Assembly: GCA_963727805.1 (NCBI GenBank)
Contig: CAVSHF010000003.1
Location: forward strand, 160,001 to 224,000
Direction: 5' to 3'
Length of the DNA: 64,000 bases
Source of the DNA: an uncultured Nitrospiraceae bacterium
GTDB lineage: Bacteria; Nitrospirota; Thermodesulfovibrionia; Thermodesulfovibrionales; Dissulfurispiraceae
This document shows positions 11,526 to 20,557 of the stretch, one piece after another. A program made the translations under genes and the position numbers. The first letter of the stretch is position 1. Every line of letters starts with the position of its first letter. The notes beneath the pieces are model-generated. The model saw nothing but the letters and a program-made list of their open reading frames with translations, did no database searches and was not told the DNA's origin.

Positions 11526-11610
11526 CTGCCACGACACGGCTTATATCTTCGCCGTGAACAGACAGGGTTTTACGCCGCCCCCTGATAAAAAGGCAGAGCA
11601 TCAGAGTAAT

Positions 11611-11760
11611 ATGTGCGGGAGATATGATCTTCATTCTGAGCCACCTGTGATCCTGAGAGAGATCAGGATTGACCACTTCGCCATCGATTCTAATCCCGGT
11701 TTCAACATCGCGCCCACGCGTAAAATACTTATAGTCAAGGATGAGAGGAAGAAACATTGA
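11611..11760 (+). pseudogene. SRAP (SOS response-associated peptidase) N-terminal fragment
   Basis: MCGRY...FNIAPT signature; stops after 49 aa. Confidence 0.8.
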
Positions 11761-12028
11761 TATGTACATTGCACTTACTAATCGATAGCAAAATAAGAAG
11801 TGACAAGATTATTACGATAGCGATATGCTGTCTCAATAATGCTCTTGAGTTTTGATGCAGCAATGGTTGATAATTCAACATTCTTGCAGGATTAATTTAC
11901 TGGCTCACAAACAAGTGTTTTAGAGATAGGAAAGGAGGACAATAACCGTAGAGAATTCTACATATGGCGAGGTTGTGTTTTAATCTGGGCCGCCATGAGA
12001 AATGATGACGCGGATAAAGGAGATTCGG

Positions 12029-13399
12029 ATGGTAAAGAAGATACGGTCGATCAATCCCTTCACCGGGGACGTGATGAATGAGTTCCAACTTATGTCCCCA
12101 AGACAAATCAATGATGAAATCGCTCTTTCGCGGAAGGCGTGTTCAGTGTGGAAAACCACGCCGGTGGAAGAACGGACGGGTTACATAAAGCGGCTCGCCG
12201 GGCAGCTTAGAGTTGAGAAAAGGATATATGCAGAGCTGATGACCAAGGAGATGGGCAAGCCTATTCGGGAATCGCTTGCCGAGGTCGAAAAATGTGCGTG
12301 GCTGTGCGACTACTATTCAGAGGCAGCTTCACAGTTCCTCAAAAAAGAGTACATCAAGACTGAGGCGGTGAAAAGTTACGTAACATTCGAGCCCCTCGGC
12401 ATCGTGCTTGCGATCATGCCCTGGAATTTCCCGTTCTGGCAGGCCTTTAGGTTTGGCATCCCAGCAATCTGCGCCGGTAACGTTGTTGTTCTTAAGCACG
12501 CATCCAATGTGCCGATGTGCGCGCTCGCCATTGAAGAGGCATTCAAAAAGGCCGGTTTCCCAGACCATGTTTTCACTACGCTTCTCATAGACGCAAAGGG
12601 TGCAAATAAACTTATCGATCAGGATAAGGTCGATGCGGTGTCACTTACGGGAAGCAATAAGGCTGGGATGGAAGTTGGAGCCCGGGCTGGGGCCAGGATA
12701 AAGAAGATTGTACTGGAACTTGGAGGTTCTGATCCGTTCATTGTGCTGGCCGATGCGGATGTCGAAAAGGCTGCTAGGATGGCGGTTAGCGCCCGGATGA
12801 TCAACGCCGGCCAAAGCTGTATTGCGGCAAAACGCTTCATCATTCACGAAAAGATTGCCAATGAGTTCAAAACTATATTTTCCGGTCGCCTCAGGGAGAT
12901 TAAGATTGGCGATCCTATGGACGATTCGACCGATATGGGACCTCTTGCCAGGCCTGACATAGTTACAATCCTTAACGAACAGCTCAAGGATGCAAGGGAG
13001 AAGGGCGCTGAAGTTATGCAGCCCGGACACGCCTTCAGCAGGGGTTTTTTCTTTGCGCCCTGCGCTGTATATAATCCAACGAAGGACATGAAAGTTCTGA
13101 CCGACGAGGTCTTCGGCCCGATCGCGCCAGTCATTGTTGTGAAGGATGAGGACGAGGCAGTCGGGCTCGCAAACGACACGGAATACGGCCTCGGCGCATC
13201 CATCTGGTGCAGAAACATCGAGAGGGCGGAGAGGATCGCCGTTCGGCTTGAGGTTGGAACAGTAGCGATCAATGACATGGTTAAGTCCGATCCTCGCCTG
13301 CCCTTCGGCGGTGTGAAAAAATCCGGGATTGGCAGAGAGCTGTCTCACTACGGGCTGAAGGAATTCGTGAATATCAAGAGCGTTGTGGTGAAAGAGTAA
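12029..13399 (+). CDS. NAD(P)-dependent succinate-semialdehyde dehydrogenase-type aldehyde dehydrogenase
   Basis: [52 protein letters not shown] before ATG 12029. Confidence 0.92.
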   Translation: MVKKIRSINPFTGDVMNEFQLMSPRQINDEIALSRKACSVWKTTPVEERTGYIKRLAGQLRVEKRIYAELMTKEMGKPIRESLAEVEKCAWLCDYYSEAASQFLKKEYIKTEAVKSYVTFEPLGIVLAIMPWNFPFWQAFRFGIPAICAGNVVVLKHASNVPMCALAIEEAFKKAGFPDHVFTTLLIDAKGANKLIDQDKVDAVSLTGSNKAGMEVGARAGARIKKIVLELGGSDPFIVLADADVEKAARMAVSARMINAGQSCIAAKRFIIHEKIANEFKTIFSGRLREIKIGDPMDDSTDMGPLARPDIVTILNEQLKDAREKGAEVMQPGHAFSRGFFFAPCAVYNPTKDMKVLTDEVFGPIAPVIVVKDEDEAVGLANDTEYGLGASIWCRNIERAERIAVRLEVGTVAINDMVKSDPRLPFGGVKKSGIGRELSHYGLKEFVNIKSVVVKE

Positions 13400-13530
13400 T
13401 GATGTAGGCATCCGTTCTGTTCGTAAGGCAACTTGAAGAAGAGGGTGTGGAGTACGTCTTCGGCTGGCCTGTGGAAGAAAATCTTAACTTCCTCGAATCC
13501 TTCTTCACCTCATCGATTACCCTGCTATGA
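13399..13530 (+). pseudogene. Acetolactate synthase large subunit (TPP enzyme) N-terminal remnant
   Basis: MM*ASVLFVRQLEEEGVEYVFGWPVEENLNFLES resembles MKASDLFV..LE.EGVEYIFGLPGEENL; ATG overlaps the ALDH stop. Confidence 0.8.
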
Positions 13531-13670
13531 AAAGGTGTGGAAATATGATAACACAAAAAAACTTGACTGAAATCGACAAAATCGGCTTAATTTTGTCACA
13601 TTTTCAATTTATTGTGGTAGACTTGTTGCTGAAAAAGACAGCTTGGTCTAATAATTGTGAGTAGACAAAT

Positions 13671-14135
13671 ATGGAACACTATATCTCAGAAGTAACTCGA
13701 AGAGCGATCATTGATCACCTCACAATCTCTGGACTCAAATGGAGTGGCAGACTGCAAGAAGACGAATTCCTTGGTCGTCTTTATGATTTGATCTCTATGC
13801 CCTCGACAGATCGCCGAGTTTGGAATGTAGCTAGTGAAATTATCCAGCACCGGGTGATTTGGAATGACTGGACTGATGATTGGGTATTAACCGATCCTCG
13901 CTTTAACTTGCTATATGAATCCGATGAACGATTCCTGCGATTTCTATGCGAAACAGTTCATCCAGTGGTGCGGCCTAATACATACGAGGCTCTATACTTA
14001 GTAGACTATTATAACGACAAACTTATAAGGGACGGCTGGCGGATAGTTGAGGTGAAGCTCATTTCAGGGAAACCAATCTTCAATCATCAGCAGGCAGATG
14101 AGGCATCCATGATGGGGTCGGCCCTTGACAATTGA
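13671..14135 (+). CDS. AbiJ N-terminal domain 3-like protein (stand-alone or truncated)
   Basis: ISEVTRRAI..WSGRL.E.EFL.RLYDL..MPSTD.R...I.QH....NDW.DDW..D.RFNL....D..FLRFL.E.VHP.VR...ISG.PIF pattern. Confidence 0.7.
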   Translation: MEHYISEVTRRAIIDHLTISGLKWSGRLQEDEFLGRLYDLISMPSTDRRVWNVASEIIQHRVIWNDWTDDWVLTDPRFNLLYESDERFLRFLCETVHPVVRPNTYEALYLVDYYNDKLIRDGWRIVEVKLISGKPIFNHQQADEASMMGSALDN

Positions 14136-14401
14136 CATGGCGAATTGTTGTTCACAACCGAACAGAGATGCGATAAAACAGAGCTAAGCGGAAACTGAAA
14201 ACATCGAGCCCAGGGAGTACAAAGTGCCATTGTGGCAGTGCCAGCAAACAGTAGCAGGCTGACGGCAAAATCGCTGTAGGTGGCCACTCTATGACGGCCA
14301 CTGCATTAGTTGCTTGAAGTATACACATAACCTTAGGCATATGAAACAATGCCACTTTCATGCCGAAGTCTATGGACATGGCTGTTCCAACAAGCAGTTA
14401 G

Positions 14402-14923
14402 TCAGTAATTTGTGATGTTATTGATGGCCTTCAGTTGAAAATCAGCATCTTCCCAAATTTTGTGGATTGAATCTTCCCCTATGCTTTTCCAGTATTGACC
14501 AGTCGGTGCATAAATGTGGGACTGGGTCGTAAATCGATATTTGAGGACGATACGTTCAACGTCCTGTCCAACATAAATACGTCCTTTAAGCCCGGAATCA
14601 AAGAAGGGAAATTCCAACTTATATCTCCACAATAAAAGACCGTCCCTATAGATCGTCAAAAGATCTGAATAAGCCTGCACGAGATCCTTTTCTCGCCGCG
14701 TAGTCGTCTGGTCTTTTAGCTCTGCAATTTCGATAGAAAGCTCTTGTATGCGATCCGCAACCTGTTGGTAAGAGGCTCCTGCATCAATCGAGGCTTTTAC
14801 GCCCTGAGCCGTGGCGCTTATTTTCCTATATTTGTTTTTATCTATCCCAGGTTCCGATGAGCATGCTCCATTAAAAAAACAGACGATGAACAGCATTATT
14901 AAGAGGTAGTGACGTTTCTCCAT
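14402..14923 (-). CDS. Hypothetical lipoprotein
   Basis: Hydrophobic leader ending NGAC; ~173-aa ORF. Confidence 0.7.
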   Translation of the reverse strand: MEKRHYLLIMLFIVCFFNGACSSEPGIDKNKYRKISATAQGVKASIDAGASYQQVADRIQELSIEIAELKDQTTTRREKDLVQAYSDLLTIYRDGLLLWRYKLEFPFFDSGLKGRIYVGQDVERIVLKYRFTTQSHIYAPTGQYWKSIGEDSIHKIWEDADFQLKAINNITNY

Positions 14924-15772
14924 ATTAATTTTCACTCCAAAAACGATAGCAACAATATATAAATATATGATAGCTGCTATCCCTTTTTTTATTCGGATAG
15001 ATTGCCACTTGGCGTCCGATTAGCACAACGTGCAACAATTTTCTTGTCGTTTGGGTCCGGGGAAAATAGATCAGATTTGCTGAGGTGATATCCATATTTG
15101 TGTTCCTTTGTCACGTTTGCAGGGGACCCCGAAATTCCTTTCGTCTGGGATTGTGAGGAACAGCCGTCAAATCTGCCTCTATTTCGATCTTACCATTGCT
15201 GATTGAAATCTGCACAATTATATCACGATTTCATCGGAGTGCTACAGGAAGAAAATTAGATTTTATCAGATAGCGCACATCGCTATGGATGATGGAGATA
15301 TCCACCTGTGGCTAGCCGACTTCGAAAAGCCTCTTGCGTTTTTCATTTCAGTGTTTGTGACCCGCTGGGCTTATGCACAGCAGCAATCGGAGATCTCTCT
15401 TTGATAGTGTACGCTTATCTGACGACTTATATGCTTTTTTAATAAAGTTAGATGGGTTCTAAAATAAGATTGCCCGATAAAATGCCCACATTGACGCATA
15501 CTTGCCTTCCCTGCGTTCCGGGTCAAAACGATAAAGGGCATATATTACTCCTAGCGATATCCCACACAATATTATCAGATCGGGCATTGTATCAGTGCAC
15601 TCCTTTCTCGTTGCGGCTTTAGTAATCTTCTTTCTTGTGAGGATGTTCTAGTCTAGCAAAGAAACGCACCATTGTATCTTATGTAATATTATAACCCCTT
15701 ATGATTAGAGAAACTATCAGTATATTGCTGATTATGTTGTAATACTTTATTGCAATAGCTTGGAAGTGTTCA

Positions 15773-16162
15773 TCTGACAGTGATCCTGTCCAGAGTGTAA
15801 AAGAAGTCAATGAATGAAATTATACTGGACAGCGCTTAAAGGAAGCAGCTAAGGCACGGGGTGAGGCAGAAACAATATTAAGTCGTTAAGAAATCTGAAG
15901 GGGAAACACTTAGCCAAAAGCTGCTAGGCGAGGCCCTCGCGAATCAGCTTAAGGCAATTATCGTTGGACTCCAGTCTTCGCCGGAAGATTTTTCAGAAGA
16001 GCATACCTGACACAATATTGTGATACTTTAAAGTCGATCGGAGAGGTTGGGAAGAGCAACACGATATTCATCCCACATGGTCCTGCAGCGGGCGGGGACT
16101 TATCGCTCACATCCGCAATGCCATGCTGGCTGGCAAACGCGGCAACAATCACGTCGGCTTAA
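15773..16162 (+). pseudogene. SPFH/band-7 (HIR-like) protein C-terminal remnant
   Basis: Across about 5 frameshifts: SDSDPVQSVKE / SMNEI / QRLKEAAKARGEAETIL / [28 protein letters not shown] / [26 protein letters not shown] / IRNAMLA. Confidence 0.8.
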
Positions 16163-16422
16163 AACAAGAGCCAAAGGGGGAGTAATTCAGAGTGCCCGCC
16201 CGGAGAGTTGCCTGCTAAGTTAGAGCGGATAGAACAAGTTGGCCTGAGGAAATGTCCACAGTTCAATTGCTAGCAGTTCAATCCCTCAACATTGAGGAAT
16301 TCAAATGGGGAATAGTGAGGACAAGAAAAAATTGGGGGACTTGAGATGAGTGGCGAACTACTGGGGAAATGGGACTCGCTTTGTTGTCTGAGATATAATG
16401 ATATGATTAACCAAAGAGGTAC

Positions 16423-16758
16423 ATGATGAAAACTATCGTCTTACTTTTTGTCATCGCAATAACAACACAAGCATTAGGTGCGGAAAGAGGTTACAAAGAC
16501 TGGACGAACGCGAATAAGAATGAGTCCTTCCATATTGATAATTAGGGTACAACAAAACAGCAATCTCCTGATATTGATCCCTTAGTGAATAGAGCAAATG
16601 AACTAATGGATGGTAATCACTGTGACAAGGGCAGATGCCCCGAGCTTCATGATATAACATGGAAACTTCAAACCTTCTGGCTTAACGCTAGCTATGACGA
16701 TCGCAAGAGAATAGATTCTGTTAGGATCGCTACTGAAAAATGTTGTGGGAAGCTTTAA
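16423..16758 (+). pseudogene. Small secreted Cys-containing protein interrupted by one TAG
   Basis: GAGGT RBS, signal peptide MMKTIVLLFVIAITTQALGA, TAG at 16543, then 70 more open codons in frame ending ...EKCCGKL. Confidence 0.55.
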
Positions 16759-17088
16759 GTAGTAGAAAGCGTCAAAGTGGCTGTATAAACCCGATATGGC
16801 ATTTTCATTCCGCTCTGGTTTTTTTTAGCAATTTTATCAATCGTTTCAATGACGGAGTGGCAACCTCAAATATAGTTAGTGACCAATGTTTTGGGCCAAA
16901 ATTGCAGGCCAATGGTGGTTCAGTGTTTCATGCGGGCTACAAAACAGACCTAGCACTGTCAACACTTTTGTCAAAACATGTCGAAGAAATAGACACTATT
17001 TATTAGAAATCAACGGAAGTAAAAGAGATAGCAGAAGACACATAACAATATGATAAATAAATGTAATTAGCCCGGCACTTCTATAAAC

Positions 17089-17138
17089 AGGACATTTCTA
17101 CTTTGCCGAAAAGAGGACATTTCTAAATTGCCTTGACA
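17089..17138. mobile_element. Orphan terminal repeat resembling an ISNCY/IS1202-type element end
   Basis: AGGACATTTCTA repeated at 17089 and 17114, ending ...TTGCCTTGACA (terminal ACA); no transposase nearby. Confidence 0.6.
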
Positions 17139-17142
17139 CTAC

Positions 17143-17172
17143 AGTGTATAAAATAATAGTGCATAAAATAAT
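17143..17172. repeat. Tandem 15-bp direct repeat abutting the -35 box
   Basis: AGTGTATAAAATAAT / AGTGCATAAAATAAT. Confidence 0.85.
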
Positions 17173-17174
17173 AG

Positions 17175-17203
17175 TTGACATCATAGCTCAAGTATTATAT
17201 AAT
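17175..17203 (+). promoter_or_regulatory. Consensus sigma70 promoter
   Basis: TTGACA (17175-17180), 17-nt spacer, TATAAT (17198-17203). Confidence 0.85.
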
Positions 17204-17209
17204 TAAATC

Positions 17210-17445
17210 AGAGAGAGGGAACTCTCTCTACACCTTTCTCCAAGTAGGGGTGTTTGATACGGGAGAAGGGAGCTTCGAAAGAGGCTGAAGGGGCTGCATT
17301 AGACAGTCCCTGGTTAGCTGAGGGGAATGTAGTTATGGATGGTAGTCGTATCCATCAGCTAACCGAAGAGGTTGCCAGAAGTTTTCTGGCACCCTTTAAA
17401 AAGTGAGGTAGGCGGCTTAAGTGCCATCTACCTCTTGTTTTTTGT
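17210..17445 (+). ncRNA. Candidate structured non-coding RNA (~235 nt), family not recognised
   Basis: Starts 7 nt after TATAAT; seven consecutive stems, two with GNRA tetraloops; ends in a hairpin plus T-rich tail. Confidence 0.7.
17405..17443 (+). terminator. Intrinsic terminator of the candidate ncRNA
   Basis: GAGGTAG..GGC-loop-GCC..CTACCTC followed by TTGTTTTTT. Confidence 0.75.
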
Positions 17446-17560
17446 AATGCGTCATCTGTTGTTGATTCTATTTATGTCACATTAAGGGGTTAGATGATTT
17501 AAACGCCGTTAAGTGGTGAATTGTGACCCATGAGAATAATCCGCTGCACATGCAATAACA

Positions 17561-18376
17561 ATGATAAACATTAAACTGATAGTGCTTCTTATAGCCATAC
17601 TTATAATATTGATTCTGATTCTTTCCGGCCGCAATCTCCAAAGGAACATGCTTTACTATCCGAGCACGCATTTGCCCTCACAAGCCTCTCTCTCAGCTTA
17701 TAATATGCAATTCTGGCCTTCCGACTCGAACAACTATCGCGGGTTCATTAGTACGGTGCAAGCTAACAAGTCAAAGGGAACGATAGTAGTTTTCCATGGA
17801 AATGCTGGCACGGCAGCGGACAGAATATATTATGTGAAAGCATTGACCTATCTCGGATATCGAGTGATACTCGCGGAATATCCTGGATATGGAGCGCGAA
17901 AGGGGGAGTTGGGAGAAGAGTCTTTTGTGCATGACGCTAAAGAGACCCTGCAACTAGTTTCCGAAAAATATGGGGGTCCGATATTTCTATTAGGAGAATC
18001 GCTCGGCTGCGGCGTTGCTGCGGCGATTGCGAAGGAATCGCCCACAAAGATTGATGGAATAATACTCATCACTCCGTGGGATACGTTGCTATCCGTAAGC
18101 CATGAAAAGTTTCCCTGGCTTCCTGTTTGGCTATTTATGCGGGATAAGTATGATACAATTGGCAATCTGAAAGCCTATCCGGGAAGAAGTGCAATAATTG
18201 CAGCTGAACGGGATGAAGTGATCCCAATACAACACGCACAGGCACTATTTAGATCACTGTCAGGCTCCCATAAGATGTACACAATCAAAGGGGCAGGTCA
18301 TAACGATTGGCCGGGAATGGTGGACCTCGAATGGTGGCGGGAGATAACGGATTTCGTTCAAGGCAGGGTAATGTGA
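17561..18376 (+). CDS. Membrane-anchored alpha/beta hydrolase (ABHD13/Bem46-like)
   Basis: FHGNAG, EYPGYG, GESLG nucleophile elbow, DEVIP, GAGHND. Confidence 0.9.
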   Translation: MINIKLIVLLIAILIILILILSGRNLQRNMLYYPSTHLPSQASLSAYNMQFWPSDSNNYRGFISTVQANKSKGTIVVFHGNAGTAADRIYYVKALTYLGYRVILAEYPGYGARKGELGEESFVHDAKETLQLVSEKYGGPIFLLGESLGCGVAAAIAKESPTKIDGIILITPWDTLLSVSHEKFPWLPVWLFMRDKYDTIGNLKAYPGRSAIIAAERDEVIPIQHAQALFRSLSGSHKMYTIKGAGHNDWPGMVDLEWWREITDFVQGRVM

Positions 18377-18529
18377 GTTTTGCGGGTCAGCTAGGTTTAT
18401 ATGCTGATTTCGGCACTTCAATAAATGCATATCAGTATTTGTCCTACACAAGAGCTTATATTTACCCTACAATAAAATCAGTTTATTCCTGATAAAAAGT
18501 CCCCATCTAAAGAGTTAAAATATATACCA

Positions 18530-18892
18530 ATGAAACTGAGAAGGACAAATCTGCTTTCCGTCCAGACAAGATGGATATTATTTATCATTGGCATTCTCAC
18601 AAGTTTAATATTTGTTTTTATTGTGAGCTTCCACGATTATTTGCCTGAACATCCCCCTCATTACCTCCTTCTTGCTGAGGATAAACTCAAGCAGTTGTTC
18701 AAATCAGTGCCCGTAAAAGATAAGGAAATTGTAAAATCACATAGTTTTTTTCTTATTCAAACAGAATATGACTCATCCCAGGCTGCTGCCCATCGATACT
18801 CAGCTTCAAATAGGATTGTCGTTCCAAATAGCAATAAACAGTTCGCGGGATCCCTTTCTCTCTCCGCTAATCTCTCGCCTCCTGCAGCCTAA
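18530..18892 (+). CDS. Hypothetical protein with an N-terminal TM helix
   Basis: 120-aa ORF, co-oriented with its neighbours. Confidence 0.5.
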   Translation: MKLRRTNLLSVQTRWILFIIGILTSLIFVFIVSFHDYLPEHPPHYLLLAEDKLKQLFKSVPVKDKEIVKSHSFFLIQTEYDSSQAAAHRYSASNRIVVPNSNKQFAGSLSLSANLSPPAA

Positions 18893-19017
18893 TTCTCTCT
18901 TCACCGAATAAGATCGTCATTACGAATGTCTATAAGAAGGGACATGTTGAAAGGATAGATTTGCAGACTTTAACTGTGTCTTTGTTTAGAACGTGGATTT
19001 GATCAATGGAGGTATGT

Positions 19018-19455
19018 ATGTTTACCGTAAAAGTCAGTAAGCCAGTGGTTCGCACAGCCGGCTTTATTAATAAACCGCGTGAAATCAATGTATCGAGAAA
19101 TACTCGCAATATTCTTGTTGTGGATGCCGACCGCAATGTACTTAAACAGATTTCGCAAAGTTTTGCCATCTGCGCAAAACACTATAACATTTTAACAGCC
19201 CACAATGGACGGGAGGCAGTGGAAACACTGCAATCAAATCCGGTAGATATTCTGCTTACTGACTTGCATGTGGCGGCCATTAATGGTTTTTCGCTAATGG
19301 ATTACACGAGATTCTATTATCCTGCCACACGGATATTTGTTATGTCGGAAGGTGACCCATCAACAATAAAAAACATTGTGAGTAATTTGGGAATTTGTGG
19401 ATACATAAGCAAACCCTATCGGATTGAAATGATTTATAGCGTTTTAAGAATCTAA
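19018..19455 (+). CDS. Single-domain response regulator (REC), copy 1
   Basis: ILVVDAD, DILLTD, FVMS, ISKP; GGAGG precedes ATG 19018. Confidence 0.85.
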   Translation: MFTVKVSKPVVRTAGFINKPREINVSRNTRNILVVDADRNVLKQISQSFAICAKHYNILTAHNGREAVETLQSNPVDILLTDLHVAAINGFSLMDYTRFYYPATRIFVMSEGDPSTIKNIVSNLGICGYISKPYRIEMIYSVLRI

Positions 19456-19673
19456 GTTATCGATAAGAAACGTAACGCCTAATTGCTGGACATTACTCTT
19501 GGCCGCTTTAAGTGATAGGGGAAAAGAGGCAAACTGGAAAAAAGGCCTGTACGATTAACCCTCTAGTGCCTAACCCATTGATAATATCCTTTTTTGCTTA
19601 TAACTTTTTAAAATGGCGGGCAAGGTTGCATACCTGTTTTAGCCCATAAAATACTTTTCAGGAGGTAAGCATC

Positions 19674-20033
19674 ATGTCGACACTTGTGCATTTTGAGATC
19701 CCGGCGGATGATATCCGCAGGGCAAAAGATTTCTATACCAAGCTCTTTGGCTGGGGCATCGAAGAAATAAAGGGCACGGACTACTGGATGATTACAACAA
19801 GCGGCGAGTGCCCCGTTAATGGTGGAATTATGAAAAGGCAGAGCCCGCAGCAAGGGATAACAAATTATGTGGACGTTATTTCCGTTGCAGACCATACACT
19901 TCAGGTAGAACAGCTCGGCGGCAAAATAATAGTCCCGAAAACCGCGGTTCCCGGCATGGGATATTTTGTTGTCTGCCTCGACACTGAAAATAATCCCTTT
20001 GGCCTATGGGAGGGGAATAAAGACGCAAAGTAA
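19674..20033 (+). CDS. VOC/glyoxalase-family protein
   Basis: VHFEIPADD..RA..FY..LFGW...NGG...DTENNPFGLW; AGGAGG RBS. Confidence 0.9.
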   Translation: MSTLVHFEIPADDIRRAKDFYTKLFGWGIEEIKGTDYWMITTSGECPVNGGIMKRQSPQQGITNYVDVISVADHTLQVEQLGGKIIVPKTAVPGMGYFVVCLDTENNPFGLWEGNKDAK

Positions 20034-20557
20034 AATTAAATTGTCCTCGGCGAGCTAGGAGAAGACGGTAACGCTAGAAAGGTGCCGACCGCTGATATCC
20101 GTCTTATTCCCCACGTCATTTACTGGTCGTTAATGTGCAAAAGATGGGGCTTAGAAATATTCTATTGATGACTGCCTCTTCGCAACATCAACACTTGTGA
20201 TTACATACTTACATCATGTATTAAGATTGTACTTTTCAAGAAGTATGAAATAAAGGCAGCGTCTACCGCAATTTTTAATACTCTGTATTTTGGACAGCAG
20301 CTTGTTGTTTCGCGGAGTAGAAGCCATCACTTTTGTCATAATCTCATTATCAGATTTCTCTTCACTGACCTTTCCGTGAGGAATAAGCATTCCACCAGGC
20401 TGCATATCATTTTTTATGTTTTTCGCAAATGTCGCAATGTCATGAGGGGTACATATTACCGCAACAGGTCCGACTTTTAAATCGCTGCACATAGTTGAAC
20501 ATCGAGGGCGTCAATAATGCTGACAGTGGCAGTAATCCCCCTTGTTTCATATCTAAC

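Larger units (their letters stand above)
9878..11584. mobile_element. IS200/IS605-family (IS609-like) insertion sequence with divergent tnpA and tnpB
   Basis: Right end on the minus strand GAATCCCCGTCTCTTTAGGGCGGGGAGTATGTCAA (hairpin + TCAA at 9878-9881); left-end imperfect hairpin 11545-11575 with TTAT target tetramer just outside (11585-11588, minus). Confidence 0.88.

Noticed and set aside
12329..13411. Long antisense ORFs (e.g. 12641-13411; likewise 36063-36770, 45969-46742, 53837-54526, 63495-63977)
   Set aside because: Shadows of well-supported genes on the opposite strand, with no recognisable motifs
9235..16545. Recurrent in-frame TAG codons (9235, 13405, 16543; also one in the glgX remnant) suggesting amber recoding or pyrrolysine
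   Set aside because: Many intact genes end in TAG at the expected C-terminus (mop, mntH, Rne/Rng, fliF, fliH), and most of the interrupted genes also have frameshifts or truncations
17030..17210. dif/Xer site next to the IS1202-like end
   Set aside because: AT-rich, but no convincing 11-6-11 XerC/XerD match (no TTATGTTAAAT arm)
17210..17445. Candidate RNA as a T-box, hammerhead ribozyme, retron msr-msd or CRISPR/tracr element
   Set aside because: No T-box consensus in antiterminator context, no CUGANGA/GAAA core, no reverse transcriptase or cas gene, no repeat-spacer array
19520..19575. c-di-GMP-I riboswitch (GGCAAAC...GAAA)
   Set aside because: The following GACGCAAAGC element and second stem are absent
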